In this document: positions 26,583 to 39,704 of the stretch, piece after piece
How positions within the stretch are numbered: position 1 is the first letter of the stretch
Layout of the letters: the number at the start of each line of letters is the position of its first letter
DNA from: Eledone cirrhosa
Lineage: Eukaryota
Direction of reading: 5' to 3'
Assembly (NCBI GenBank): GCA_964016885.1
Contig: OZ024742.1
Coordinates: forward strand, 220,038,001 to 220,102,000
DNA: 64,000 nucleotides
Translations under genes and position numbers: made by a program
The notes under the pieces: model-generated
The model's database searches: none
Told to the model about the DNA's origin: nothing
What the model saw: only the letters and a program-made list of their open reading frames with translations

Positions 26583-27185
26583 ATCATCATCATCATTTAA
26601 CATCTATTTTTCCATCCTGGTATGGGTCAGACAGGTCGTCCACGTTATGATATAAGTCTGGCCAGTTGGCTGTGCTATACCTTGCTCAAATGGAACTATA
26701 TTTTGGCTGGAATTTTTACAACTGGATGCCTTTCCTAAAACCAACTATATTTACAGTGTGACCAATTGACCGTGCAGTACCCTGCTCATAGTGGAACCCT
26801 TTTTTCAGAGTTGGGTGATTCTGTTATGATGGAGGTCTGGCCAGTTGGCTGCGCCATACCTTGCTCATAATGGTAAAATATTTTGGGTGGGTTTTTACGG
26901 TTGCTGGATGCCCTTCCTAATACCAACCACATTTACAGTGTTGGCCTGGGTTGTTCTTCTATGAGTCAAGTCTGGTCAGTTGGCCATTCCGTACTGTGTG
27001 TTGGCTGTTTTTTTTTTATGGTGCTTGATGCCCTTCTTAACACCAATCACATTTACAGTGTGGAACTGGGTTGAGGAGGCTCTGACCAGTTGGGCACGCC
27101 ATACTCTGCTCACAGCAGAATTGTATTTTGGGAGCTGAGTGGTCCCATTATGAAGGAGGTCTGGCCAGTTGGTTGTGCCATGATC
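26583..27185 (-). repeat. tandemly reiterated RTE 3'-tail modules (about 110-bp units)
   Basis: Repeated CTGGCCAGTTGG and GATGCCCTTC.TAA.ACCAA.CACATTTACAGTG blocks next to a (CAT)n end. Confidence 0.65.
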
Positions 27186-27632
27186 GGAAGCCATATACAA
27201 TCAATTTAGGTTTATTTATATCTCCATGATACATATTTTGCCAAGAACCATGGCTAAATAGTTTTCATCCTACTAATTCCGATAGCCTGAGTTCATAAGA
27301 GGGTATAAAAACCTTTGAAATTTTTTTTTTTTAATTCAAAAACTTTCTCGAAAAATGTATTTCCTTACGTGATACAGGGGATGGCAGAATGTGTTGATGT
27401 TTTCTCACTAGGCTGCCCCTGTATAACCCCTACCATTATGGTGGAAGTGTGGGTAAATCCCTGTCCTGTGTCACTACCATCAAATGTCAAAAATAGCAAA
27501 TCATCATTGTAGGAACAAATTCTGCAAGTAACTTGTTCCCTACTCCTCATGCTAGGCAGTGGTTGTTATAGTAGTAGTGATAGCCATCTCCTCCCAACCC
27601 AGTGGTCCCCTTTGTCAGACACTCCCACACCA

Positions 27633-27857
27633 TTAACCCTTTAGCATTTACGTTACTCTGTGTTTACTATTATATTTTCACGATAAAGGCTTTTTGTCAC
27701 ATAATTATCTCACATAATATTGAATCTATGAGATTTTGATATTTATTTTGAGAACAATACCTTAATATCAGTATAAGCAGCTGGTTATAGCCAGTTTGAG
27801 CAGAAAGAAGTGAGAGAATTCTGGCTAGATACAGCCAGTTTAAATGCTAAAGAGCTA
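27633..27857. mobile_element. MITE family M2 (TAACCCTTTAGCATTTA TIR), second copy at 49533-49725
   Basis: About 17-bp TIRs and shared internal sequence in both copies. Confidence 0.75.
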
Positions 27858-28399
27858 TGGTTGTGTGGGGGAGGAGGGGATAACTGTGAATGAGTGATTG
27901 GAATATTATAGCTGATAAGAAGAAGTAGACATAGAATAAAATAACTTAAAATGAAACAATTATATTTAAAATAGATAACGGTATATCTTAACAAGAAATT
28001 AAAGTATATAATGTAGTTGTTATTTAGTTAAGGTTTAACTGGGCTAAAAGTGCTGAAAGTTTGAGATATCTACTCCTCCCTTGTTCCACGTTTAACCACA
28101 GCTCAGTGGATTACCTCCAGATGCTCCCCCCCCCCCACTTTCCGAAGAGGCTAATACACTCAATGAGCAGGACACCAGAGTGAAATCTTTTGATATACAG
28201 GGAATGTCCGGGAGGGGTGTTGGGCAGTAGGAATGTTCCCTGCAGCTTACATTATACAGCGGTGAAACCAATCGAGGCCTCCGGGCTTATATGTCTAGCC
28301 AGTAAGAGGCTATTAGGTAATTCTGTAAACAATTAAATAGTGTAGGCTACCTCAAGGTAACTTAGGTAAATGAGAGTATGGTGACACACACATATCCTG

Positions 28400-28875
28400 A
28401 TCATCACGATCATCATCATCGTTTAACGTCCATTTTTCCATGCTAGCATGGATTAGATGAGTTGTCCCATTCTGAGACATGCCAGATCAGATGACCATGT
28501 CTTGCTTTATACAGAACAGATTTTGGCTTGGTTTCTATGGCTGGATACCCTTCCTAACACCAACCACATTTATAGAGTCATTTTAGTACCACAACAAAAA
28601 GCACCCAGTCCACACTGTAAAGTGGTCATGTTGGTGACACAGCAAAAAGAGCCCAGGTTACTGTAAAGTGGTCATGTTGATGTCATGACAAAAAATGCCA
28701 GTCCACACTGTTAATGAGGTTGCCATTAGGAAAGGCATCCACCCTGTAAACCAAGCCAGAAGCAGTTCTACATGAGTAAGACACAGTAATCTGATCAGAC
28801 TTGTCCCACAACGGGAAAATCCATCTAAGCCGTGCTAGCATAGAAAAGAGGACATTAAGTGGTGGTGATGATGAA
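28400..28875. mobile_element. two divergently oriented RTE-tail-derived short elements
   Basis: (CAT)n tail on the left, GATGATGA tail on the right, 45-bp modules between. Confidence 0.55.
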
Positions 28876-29106
28876 ACATACTTAAACCAAAATCTCAATT
28901 ACTGAGGGAAATATAAGTTAGAAAAACTAAAATAAGCCAGTTTCACTGAAATAGTGGCCCCAACTGCAGTTTCTGGAATTAAGAAGCAAAACTAATTATC
29001 TCAATAAATTCAGTCAACCAATATTGGATGAATATTCCGTCTTCAGGAGGAAATTCTTTGAAAGTAGAGAAAATATTAAATAGAAAGCATACAGACTATA
29101 TATATA

Positions 29107-30852
29107 TCATCATCATCATCATCATCAGCGTTTAACGTCCGTGTTCCACGCTTGCATGGGTTTGGACGGGGGTAGTCCCACTTGAGGCAAGAGTGATTGT
29201 CTTGCTCGCATAGGACTGTCTGGCAGGTTTTCTACAGTTGGATGCCCTTCCTAACACCAACCACATTTACAGTGTGGGTCTGGGAGGTTTTTACCGTGTT
29301 GCCTACACGGCCACATTACAGCGTGGACTGTGTGTTTTTTTGTCGTGACACCTACACGATCTCATTTGTTTCGGCCTCGATGGCGCGGCACCAACATAAC
29401 TTTACATAGAACGGGGTGGTGTGGATCGGGTGGGGGTGGTGGGACGGGGTGTATTTGTTAGAGATGCCTACTGGCTGGAGTAGGTTTTACTATATATTTA
29501 GGTAAGGCGGGTCTTCTCTGTTACTGAGTACCGCCAAAGGTCTCGGTCCAGTGACATTGTCTTGGAGAGGTGTAAGTGTGTGATGTCGGAGTTTATCAGC
29601 TCGTCCCAGGTTTTTCTAGGTCTGCCTATTCCGTGACTACCGTCTATCTTTATTGCCCTGCACTTTGTTATACAGCTATCGACTTTCATGCGCATCACGT
29701 GTCCATACCAACGTAGCCTTCTCTCGAGTAAACAACATCTGATCCCTCTTATCTCTAATTTATTCCTTAGTTCGTTTATGCTTTGCCGTTCACGTATATT
29801 ACTGTTACACATCCAGCGGAGCATGCAAGCTTCGTTCCTCTCTAGTCTGCGTATATCCTCTGCACACAATGCCCAGGTCTCACTGCCATGCAGCATTGCT
29901 GTTCGTATGCAGGCATCGTACAACCTGCCTTTCATTTTTAGTGAGAACCCTTTAGCAGCTAATAGTGGTATAAGCTCTCTGAACTTTTTCCAACCAGTTC
30001 TGACTCTAGCTACAGTACTTTCAGAGCACCCTCCCCCACTGCTGATTTTATCGCCCAGGTAACGGAAGCTGTCCACTATTTCTATAGAACCCTCTGCGCA
30101 ATTGAAAGAGCTAGTAGTTTGTGGGCACTTGCTGCTACTTATTGCACCAGAGCACCGGCCACATGTAAAATCTATGTTCTTAGTTAGCCTACCTGTGATC
30201 CCACTACATCTTTTATGCACCCATACTTTGCATTTAGGACATAAAATGGAGTTTCTACCTACGCCTTTCCTACACACCGAGCACGACCATTTCCCAGAAG
30301 GGACCGCCGCCTTGTTTTCTTTCCTACAAACTAGTACTTTGGTCTTAGCCAGGTTAATTTTAAGTCCTTTTGACTCTAGGCCGTGCTTCCATGTTTGGAA
30401 TTTCTTCTCTAGCTCGGCCATTGATTCCGCTATGAGTGTCAGGTCGTCTGCGTATAGGAGTTCCCATGGGCAGCCTGTCTTGAACTCCTCTGTTATGGCC
30501 TGAAGGGCAATAATAAATAGTAGTGGACTGAGAACAGAGCCCTGATGGACGCCGACTTTTACGCTAAACTCTTCACTATATTCGTTGTTAATTCTAACCT
30601 TGCTGACTGTTTCTTTATACATGGCTTGTATAGCCCTCACAAGCCATTCGTCAACGCCTAGTTTTCTAAGAGCCCACCAGATAATGGAGCGGGGGACTCT
30701 GTCGAAGGCTTTCTCCAAGTCGACAAAAGCTAAGTAGAGGGGTTTACCTTTAGCTAGGTACTTCTCTTGTAGTTGTCGTACTATGAAAAGAGCGTCTGTG
30801 GTACTTTTGCCTGACACAAACCCGAACTGCATTTCATCTAGGTCAATTCTCT
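29107..30852 (-). mobile_element. young 5'-truncated RTE-clade LINE inserted in (TA)n
   Basis: Uninterrupted RT ORF, about 390-bp 3'UTR and (GAT)n tail; TA repeats at both junctions. Confidence 0.95.
29498..30832 (-). CDS. non-LTR reverse transcriptase (partial ORF2) with inserted C4HC3 PHD-like finger
   Basis: QFGF, FVDLEKAFDRV, GVHQGSVLSPLLF, YADD, GLKINLAKTK, FRYLG, LRWYGHV and GRPRKTW motifs. The endonuclease is lost by 5' truncation. Confidence 0.93.
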   Translation of the reverse strand: MQFGFVSGKSTTDALFIVRQLQEKYLAKGKPLYLAFVDLEKAFDRVPRSIIWWALRKLGVDEWLVRAIQAMYKETVSKVRINNEYSEEFSVKVGVHQGSVLSPLLFIIALQAITEEFKTGCPWELLYADDLTLIAESMAELEKKFQTWKHGLESKGLKINLAKTKVLVCRKENKAAVPSGKWSCSVCRKGVGRNSILCPKCKVWVHKRCSGITGRLTKNIDFTCGRCSGAISSSKCPQTTSSFNCAEGSIEIVDSFRYLGDKISSGGGCSESTVARVRTGWKKFRELIPLLAAKGFSLKMKGRLYDACIRTAMLHGSETWALCAEDIRRLERNEACMLRWMCNSNIRERQSINELRNKLEIRGIRCCLLERRLRWYGHVMRMKVDSCITKCRAIKIDGSHGIGRPRKTWDELINSDITHLHLSKTMSLDRDLWRYSVTEKTRLT

Positions 30853-30893
30853 CTATATATATATATATATATATAGTCTGTATGCTTTCTATT

Positions 30894-30995
30894 AATTTGT
30901 GTAAATCTAGTTTGAATTGCAGGAGAAAAAATATTTTCTGTAAAACATATATATATATATATAAGAAAATGTTAAAAAATTTAAATATTTTAATG

Positions 30996-31053
<58 letters not shown>

Positions 31054-31155
31054 CATTAAAATATTTAAATTTTTTAACATTTTCTTATATATATATATAT
31101 ATGTTTTACAGAAAATATTTTTTCTCCTGCAATTCAAACTAGATTTACACAAATT
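30894..31155. repeat. 262-bp palindrome centred on (TA)n
   Basis: Arms AATTTGTGTAAATCTAG...TAATGCTT and AAGCATTA...CTAGATTTACACAAATT are reverse complements. Confidence 0.95.
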
Positions 31156-31627
31156 GCCAAAACTAAATTTTCTCTATTTCTTATTTTATTAAAAAACTGT
31201 CATTACCTGAATTTGATGTAAAAATTGATCAGAAATCAGAAATATATGCAAATGTTTACTTTAGAACAAGTTAACATTTTATGTTTCAATGATACTTTGG
31301 AACATTTATGGAATTTAAAAAATTATTTTTTCTCTCTTTAAGAAATGGAATATATTTTATGGAAATATTTTAACCTATTTCTTTCCCTTATACTGTATAC
31401 TAGCTTCTAGATTCAAAAGTAAAATATTATATGGAATCACAAATTTTTAGATTAAAATAACATCATCATCATAAATTTTATGTCCGTTATTCCATGCCAG
31501 CATAGACAGCAGGACAACAGGAAAATAAACTGAGTTTGTTTCTTTCAAAAGATATATTTCAGAATAAAGAAACAAAATTGCTTTGAAATTATGTAACTAT
31601 CTTTCATGTGAAACACATGTCAGCATG

Positions 31628-31852
31628 GAAAAAGACAAAAAGAAACAAACAGAAGAAAAGAAGAAAAAAAAAGAAAAGAAGAAAAAAAGAAAGAAAAGTA
31701 AAAAAAAAGAAAAGAAGAAAAGAAAAAGAAAAAAAAGAAAAGAAAGAAAAGAAAAAAACAAAGAAGAAAGAAGAAGAAATAAAGAAAAAAGAAGAAAAAG
31801 GAAAAGAAGAAATAAAGAAAAAAGAAGAAAAGGGAGAAGAAAAGGGAAGAAG
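31628..31852 (+). repeat. polypurine (A/G) low-complexity tract
   Basis: Almost exclusively A and G; explains the K/E/R-rich ORFs. Confidence 0.92.
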
Positions 31853-32394
31853 TAATTATAAATGTTAAAAGTATTAATTGAATCTTAAATAAAACAAGAA
31901 AACCAAATTGGCCGAAAGCATGTTAAGTATAATTGTTAATTAGCATTATTACTTAGTCAATATGATAGTTAATAATTTAATTAGATAGAAATCTTGTTCA
32001 TAAATATTGATAGTTCTTGATGAGAGAAGTAACCATCTTGACCCCAATATCTCACTGGTACATAAATATTGATAGTTTTTGATCAAGTACAATGGACATA
32101 TGTAGCGACTATTACATCAATATATTAACTGGTACATAGACATCCATAGCTTTAGATCAAGTATAATGGAGATATGTAGTCATTTTCACCCTCAACATAT
32201 TATTGATACATAAATATTGAGGTGGCAAATTGGTAGTCATTAGAACATGAGATAAAAATCTTTGTAGCATTTGTTTTGGCTTTAATCCTTTCAACAAATA
32301 ATAAATAATGTTCAGTTCATTACTGGTACAGAAAAATTAATAGTTTTTGATCAGGTTCAATGGAGGGATGTACTCAATTTGACAATATATACTG

Positions 32395-32660
32395 GTTCTT
32401 CTTCTTTACCCACTTATTCCTGAGAGGATCATGGGGGCAGAGTCCTCAAACATTCCTTTCAGCGGGTCTTGTCAGAAGCAATCATCTCCAAGTGAGACCA
32501 GCTAAGCTCATAGATGTTATCCAAGCATCTTGCTTGGGGATTACCCCTGGGTCTCCTGCTGCTTGGTTTTGTCTGTCCTGAGACATTCTAACCACATGCC
32601 TGTTATATTGGAGCTGTGATCTCTCAAATCATAGAAGTAGTGGCTGTACCTGGAGTGACT
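32395..32660 (-). mobile_element. Expander-like RTE 3' fragment
   Basis: Similar to 48485-49080 and ends in a GAAGAA-type tail. Confidence 0.6.
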
Positions 32661-35599
32661 GATTCAGATTTTGTTAATCCTAGATGGATTAAAACTTGAA
32701 ACTATTTGCTATTTGTTCCAATGTAAAAACTACCAGTCAAAAAGAAACTTTTTTTTAAAATCTACCATGATTGGAGGTGCAATATATTCGAGGTGCATTA
32801 TATTGTCAAAGATCTATCAACCATAAACAAGTTCTTTCAGTACAGAAACTTTTAGCTACTTTATAGTTGTCCTTGTTTTTCACCTTTCTTTTTTACTTAT
32901 GATTGTTTCGTTTCCTGTTTTCCTTCTCTCTCTTTCTCTGTATCTCTTTTGTTTTGTTTCTTAATTGTAAGGAGTATTAGATACCTCTCTTACCTTGTCA
33001 TGGTTTATTAGCTCTATAGTACCATTTAAAGAGATTGAATAAATAAATTCAAAGAGAACTTTCCCCAATCGCTACCATTTCCATAAATTTATTCTCCTTT
33101 ATTCATGATAATCAATTTATTTGACCGAACACAAGACGACTTGTTTATTAGGAAAGTATAGAATGAATTTATGAACTAATGTTTTATCAGCAATTTATCT
33201 ATCAACCACAGAGTATTACTAGTACTTTATCAGCCACAGTACATTACTGGTACCCCATTTAACAATAAAATGTCTATTTACTACAGTGTATTAATATGTT
33301 TATCTAGCGTGTTTTGTTGCATAAAATGTATTGGAATTAATTCCTTCTATCATTTGTCGTTTCAGTCTGATTATGTACTTTTCAGTTCCTTGTAACTCCT
33401 GACTTATATGAAAATACTCTGCCACATGTACCACATGTCAAATTGGCTGCAAGGAATTGGTCATATTTGACATATGGCATTTCTGCATGCTTACGTAGAA
33501 GACTTGCAAAGCCAGCTTTTCACAGGCATATTTGGCCACATACATTGCATACAAACTGAGTTACCACAATCTCCACATGTTGGCCTTTATTAGCTGCATA
33601 CTTAATGCTAGCCCATTCCAAGGCAGATTCCTGAAAAAGTCTTACACCATCAAATATACTTGTGCACCACTTGTTTCTATCTAATGCCATGGCCACTCAG
33701 CAACATACATACATAAGCTGGGCTTCACAGAACCAGAAAGAACATGACTAGCTAGGAAGTTACAAGTACAATCCATTAATGCAACTGTAAAAGTATGTGA
33801 AACATTTTAAAAATTCTGCATGTAATAACTGCATATACACATGTATAAATACAAAACATATACAGATATAACTCAAAGCAGACAGATCCACACATACAAT
33901 AATATCTATACCTGCACACACACACACACACATGCATGCAGACGTACATATTTACCTAATTGATGTTGTCTAAATGAAAGAGTCTTGTGTCTATGTTAGA
34001 AACCGGATCTCTCTCTATGGGTAAAAATTTATAAAATAAGGAAACTAGAAGAACATACATACATTGATGGATATATATATATATACAAAGATAAAGGCAT
34101 GTATAGATAGATTAGTATGTGTGTGTGTATATATATATATAAATTTGTTAATTCTGATAGGTTTCATTCAGTATTGGCCCAGGCCATGTTTGGCTTAATA
34201 GCACCATTTGGTGAAGTCTTTCAAATCATGATTTACATCTCAATCATGTTTTGGATACCATCACCCACTCAAGTATAGAGTTATTGTTGACAGAGACATA
34301 GCAATGTGTAAGGGGTTTATCTGGAATTTCTTGGAGGATATTACGTAAAATAAGCAGGACCATTTGAGGTGAAATAGTTGTGTTTTAATGTTGTTATGAG
34401 GTGCAAGATTGATCTCTTTTTTTTAGAGGACAGAAAGCATAGGAATGAAGACTTCAGTAGATTTTAAAGTTGATGCCAAACCAATCTCGATGTTTTCTAT
34501 CAATAAAATCAAGAACAGATGCTGAATTATCATAAACCAAAATTTTGAAGTCTCCCCATGTTTCATCACACTGAAGTTTGTCTAACCTTCTCACCAGCTC
34601 ATCCTTTATTGAAGCATTTTTAATCAGAGCAATACATACATACACACATAAATACATACACACACATATATATATATACACATAGGACAAATACAACAAC
34701 AATGTGATATAGTTATGACAAAGAATGTACTGTTTTAACTACAACTTGAATGAATCAATAATCATTTCGAAAAGAATCTGAGTAGAATATTTTATCAAAA
34801 ACAGATATTTCATTAAAGACCATGCTAATAGAATCTATTAAAGTTATAAATTTTCGTTTTTTTTTTTTAGTCAGTGTGATTTAGAATTGCAATGTCTAAA
34901 GTCTGTCACAAGCCTGGAGACTCATCCAGCCTGTGCTTATCCTGGTTTCTGTGTGTGAAGTGACCGAGAGTACAAGACACCCGACTGGAATGGATTCCAA
35001 TTCATCATAGGGTTAACCCCCCAGTTGTTGCTGGTACTCATTTTCCGCTGTGTATACTGGAGCAATGTGAAATGAAGTGTTTTGCTCTAGAACACCACAC
35101 ACAACCCAGTTTGGGAATTGAACCCACAACATTATGATCGAAAGACCAACACCATTACCACTAGGCAACATGCCTACACTTTTACAAAACAGTAGACTCA
35201 AGTAAAGGAATTCAAAGTTTAAATTATTAGTGTCAAACCAGTCAATGAATTATATCCATCACACATGTAGACCACATTGGGAATTGAACTCAAAACATGA
35301 AGAGATGAAACATATACTGAATAGCATCTAATTTGACTGTGTAACAATTCTGCTAACCCACAAGCCTACACTGGTCACATTCTTTTTTTTTGTCCCAAAA
35401 TATGAAAGGCAACATTGACATTGATGGGATTTACTCAGTGTAGAGAGCCAGAATGAATACAGTAAAGTATGTTGTCCTATGCTCTAATGGCAGCCAATAT
35501 ACTACCTGAATTCAATATAACAAAAGTTTTTAAAATTATGTTTTGAATCTATGAAGACAGAAAATATACAAACACTTTCATTTTCCATTTTATCTCATT

Positions 35600-36352
35600 A
35601 TGGGTACACAAGAGATGAAGTGGGGTAATGGATAAACTAACAGGAAGGGAAAACTTTGTATGTAGAAGATGAACAGGGGTATCCAAAGTTAAGACCGCCA
35701 GTGATGTAAACCTTTTTCAGTCACAGGAAGGACCCATAGAAGTGGCTGGTAGTTTCTATCTAGGCAACTTAATTAGAAACAGAGGAGGGCGCTCTGGGAG
35801 CAAAATAGCTAGAATAAGGATTGGATGGAACATATTTAGAAAACTACTCCCACTGTTGTCAACAAAAGGTTTCTATGTAAAAAGGGGGTAACTGTAAAAC
35901 ACCTGTGTGAAGTATGATGCTGCATGGTAGTGAAACATGGGTTGACTGCAGAAGACATGCATAAACTGGAGAGATAAAATGAAGCTACCATGCTTCATTG
36001 AATGTGCAATATGAGTGTATTAGGAAGGCAGAGCTTGGACAAATTGAGGGAGAAGCTTGGTTTAAGAGGAATCTGAGGTTGCATACAGAAGAGAAGACTG
36101 CTTTGGTATGGACATGTGATGAGCATGTACAATGATTGCTGGGTGAGGAAGTGACAGGAAATCCCAGTGGAAGGAAACTGCAGTAGAAGACCAAGAAAGA
36201 TCTAGGTAGAGGTTGTGAGAGCTGCCCTGAAATCACTGAGACTCACAGAGGAGATGACGAAGGAACGAACGAGTGAAGAGATGCTGTGCTGAGAAGGACT
36301 CGTCCAACACATGCAAGCATGGAAAAACGGACATAGAAACGATGATGATGAT
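35600..36352 (+). mobile_element. decayed RTE-PHD LINE 3' fragment, short-UTR variant
   Basis: Colinear with 9480-10245; (GAT)n tail followed by TA repeats. Confidence 0.8.
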
Positions 36353-37962
36353 ACATATATATATAAATCCCCCTTTTCAGGATCTATTCCTTCCTTCACC
36401 CCCTCCCCTGAGTCTTCCCTCATTTATACTGTCTCTTCTACTGGAAGTGTAGTCTTCTTCGACAACCCTGTTCATGCACAGGTGAAACTCCAGAGTAATA
36501 AGACTCACTACTTAGCCATAATATTTGAATATTTAAACTCTACATTGGTATTGAGTACTCTTTTCTCTCATCCATCAACTTCATTCCAATATATATATAT
36601 AGTGGGTTGTGTAGTTGTTTGTAGTGTGTGTGGTTCAGAGCTATATAGAGTGAGCTATAGGGAACTGAGAGAGAGAAGCTAGAATATAATAAAATACAAC
36701 AAACGAGATAAAAACTCATTTAAAAATGGTATATATTTTGTTTTATTGTTCGTTTAGGTGAAGGTAGAGTTACATCAACACACTATATGTATATTTATAT
36801 CATCATCATCATTGTATGTGTGCGTGTGTCTGAATATAGATTAAGTATCCAATTAAACATCTTTGAAGAATCCTAGATGAATCAGGAATTAATTGATTGT
36901 TTAACTTTATAAAATATTGCTTATTTAGTGACAAAATGTTTGTCTGAGATCAGGTTTTGTTAATAAAATCATAATTTGGGGAGCCATCAATCTCATCTTA
37001 GTAGTACAAAGATTTTTCACTATTTACATCTACACTATGTTTCTATCTATTTTGTTTCCAGTTGTTTCATCTGGTGTTATATTTGTAGATGTGTACATAA
37101 TAGCAGACAGGGTTGGTGCAAGAAAACTTATTTTTAAACAAAGAGATATGTGTTAATGACCTAGTAAATAGTTTAGAAATAAATGTTCCTCATGTCCATT
37201 CCATTCTGGTATTATATACACATCCAGTTGGTTAAAAATCCACCAAATTATAATCAACTTTATGATTATGTTAAGTGTAAAAGTATTTCACAGCATTGAG
37301 TATTTCATTGAAACTGCATTATAAAGAAGATATACACAATAACAATTATTATATCTCAATATACACATACGTGGAGGCATGTGGCTCAGTGGTAATAACA
37401 TCATATGTTCGATTCCTGGACTGGGTTGTGTGTTGCATTCTTGAGCAAAACACTTCATTTCATGTTGCTTCAATATACTCAGCTGAAAATAAGTACCAGC
37501 AATAACTGGGAGTTTAACCCTGTGATAGACTGGCATCCTGTCCAGTACTCTCAGTCAATTCACACCACAGAAACTGCGAGAAGCACTGGCCTGATGAACC
37601 TCTGGACTCAAGACAGACTTAGACTTTTTAGAATATAAATACATAGAAGAATAAATATTGTAGTTATAAGAAAGGTGTGCATAAGAGAAGTGGAGGTGTA
37701 TACAGGTGTATACTGGATGTGCTGTGTATAATGACATAAAAATTAACTTATGAACATCGCAGTTTATTTAAATGACCATTAATGTCATAGAGCTTCACTT
37801 ATTTACTGTGCTGAGTTCAATATTCAGTGTTTTCAAGAAAGGCATACAGCAGTAGATAAATTATTGTGTTGTCTACAATTTGGTCCCTGAATGAAGTTGC
37901 TACTTTATAGATTGTAGCAGCAACAATCTCTTAATAAAATGTAAGAATGAGGAAGAAACATA

Positions 37963-38143
37963 ATTGTTTCTACTTTAGGCACAAGGCCAGCAATTACCCA
38001 GTGCATTACTGGTACTTTATTTTATCGACCCCGTAAGGATGAAAGGCAAAGTCAACCTCGGCGGGATTTGAACTCAGATCGTAAAGGGACATAACTATGC
38101 TGGAAAGCATGGCGCCCGACCCTCTACCGATACTGCCAATCCA
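37963..38143 (-). mobile_element. SINE B
   Basis: Near-identical to 19056-19242; flanked by AATGAGGAAGAAACATA repeats. Confidence 0.88.
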
Positions 38144-38444
38144 GAACATAATGAGGAAGAAACATACCGAGGAAGAAACATACTGAGTAAGAAACAAACT
38201 GTATCAATTCAACACTATTGTTTTTTGTATTGACTTTTTCCCTGTTGGTATTGGCTGGATGAGACTTTTGAGGGAATATTCTAAGCCTGGATGCTCTTCC
38301 TGATGACAACCTTCACTACTTCATTCTTTTGATCTTCACACACCAAACTGCTGAGCTACATGACATAACTTAATTACCCTATGGTCCAAGTGGTGTATAT
38401 GTGAAGACTCATGCAGAGACAAACCAAACCATTATATATGTGCA

Positions 38445-38496
38445 AGTACCAGTAATGTACTTGGTAATTGCTGGCCTTGTGCCAAAAGTACAAACA
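38445..38496 (+). mobile_element. 5'-truncated SINE B tail
   Basis: Flanked by the direct repeat ATTATATATGTGCAAGTA (38431-38448 / 38497-38514), partly overlapping the element by microhomology. Confidence 0.85.
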
Positions 38497-39450
38497 ATTA
38501 TATATGTGCAAGTAAATTTCTACAAGTGGTGGTTCTTAAAATCCATAAAAGATTAATAGTTTATTAACTCTTAACATCCAGCAATGATTTAGTAGAAAAT
38601 ATCTAAAAAGGTGGATTTGTTAATTCAAATGTTTACTGTATCTTTACTAGTGGAAACACTGTTGTGAAAAATTTGCAGTGTTAGAATAAAAACTTTATAT
38701 TTTAATGTGATCCTAATTTTCACTTTTGAAGAATGTCTTGCTAATGTGGTCTTTTACAGAGTAGGATATTAAGAGTTAAAGGCTGAAAGAAGTCTGAACA
38801 TTTTGCATTTTATGACCAGTAAGAACTTTAATTTCAGTTTGTTTATATTATTCATATTGAGTTTTCTACATTTGATTTCTGTTGATATAAAATGACAATC
38901 AAAAAATCTGTTAAAGTTCATTTTCATTAATTTTGATTGAAAGTTTAACAGAAGAGAGTGTGTATACATGCAACGATGTATTGAAGGAATTGAATAGGTA
39001 TATATTTATTTTAACTGATCTATTTACTGCATGTACTGGTGCCATACATAATCAATGCCAAGACCTTTTAGTAACAATTGTATATTCAATCTTACTGACC
39101 TTTTCATATGAAATGTACAACTATTCGCCCCAAAAAACTCAGTGAATTGAATGAATCTTAAGAAAAGTGTGCCACAAAGAAATATACAAATAAATAAAAT
39201 GAAATAAAATAATATAAAATATAAAACAAAATATATAAAATATAATACAAGATATATATGTACCATATTTGAACTCATAATCCATAAGCAACAAATAGTA
39301 TCTGCTTCAGTATTTACCATTTTGTTGGTACACGTAGTTATTTTGTATCAGAATTGATGAACAATAATGTTGTTGGTTACAGGTTATCAGTGGAACAATC
39401 ACAGGTTTACTGATTTCTGATGGTCAGACTAACAAGGGAGGGACAGCAGA

Positions 39451-39489
<39 letters not shown>

Positions 39490-39491
39490 AT

Positions 39492-39704
39492 CGATCGACT
39501 TTCGTCAAATCTGACCGAGGAAACAATGTTTTCGTTGATCTTTCCAGTTGCTAATACTATCTATTGGTCACAACTCCAGGTAGAAGGAACAGCATGAAAT
39601 AAAGTGTCTTGCTCAAGGACATAACGCATTGCCCGGTCCAGGAATCAAACTCACAACCTCAAGATTATGAATCCAATTCTCTAACCATTCAGCCACACGC
39701 TTTC
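39492..39704 (-). mobile_element. SINE family C (SINE-A-like head and body, different 3' tail)
   Basis: Second copy at 48828-49049. Confidence 0.85.

Noticed and set aside
29688-30503. Plus-strand ORFs overlapping the RT (also 41284-41718 and the minus-strand 50459-51148)
   Set aside because: Antisense shadows of the LINE ORF with no independent motifs.
31583-31868. Lys/Glu/Arg-rich proteins
   Set aside because: Translation of a polypurine low-complexity tract.
32000-32400. Degenerate about 65-bp tandem repeats as a functional array
   Set aside because: Highly decayed units with no structure beyond an old minisatellite.
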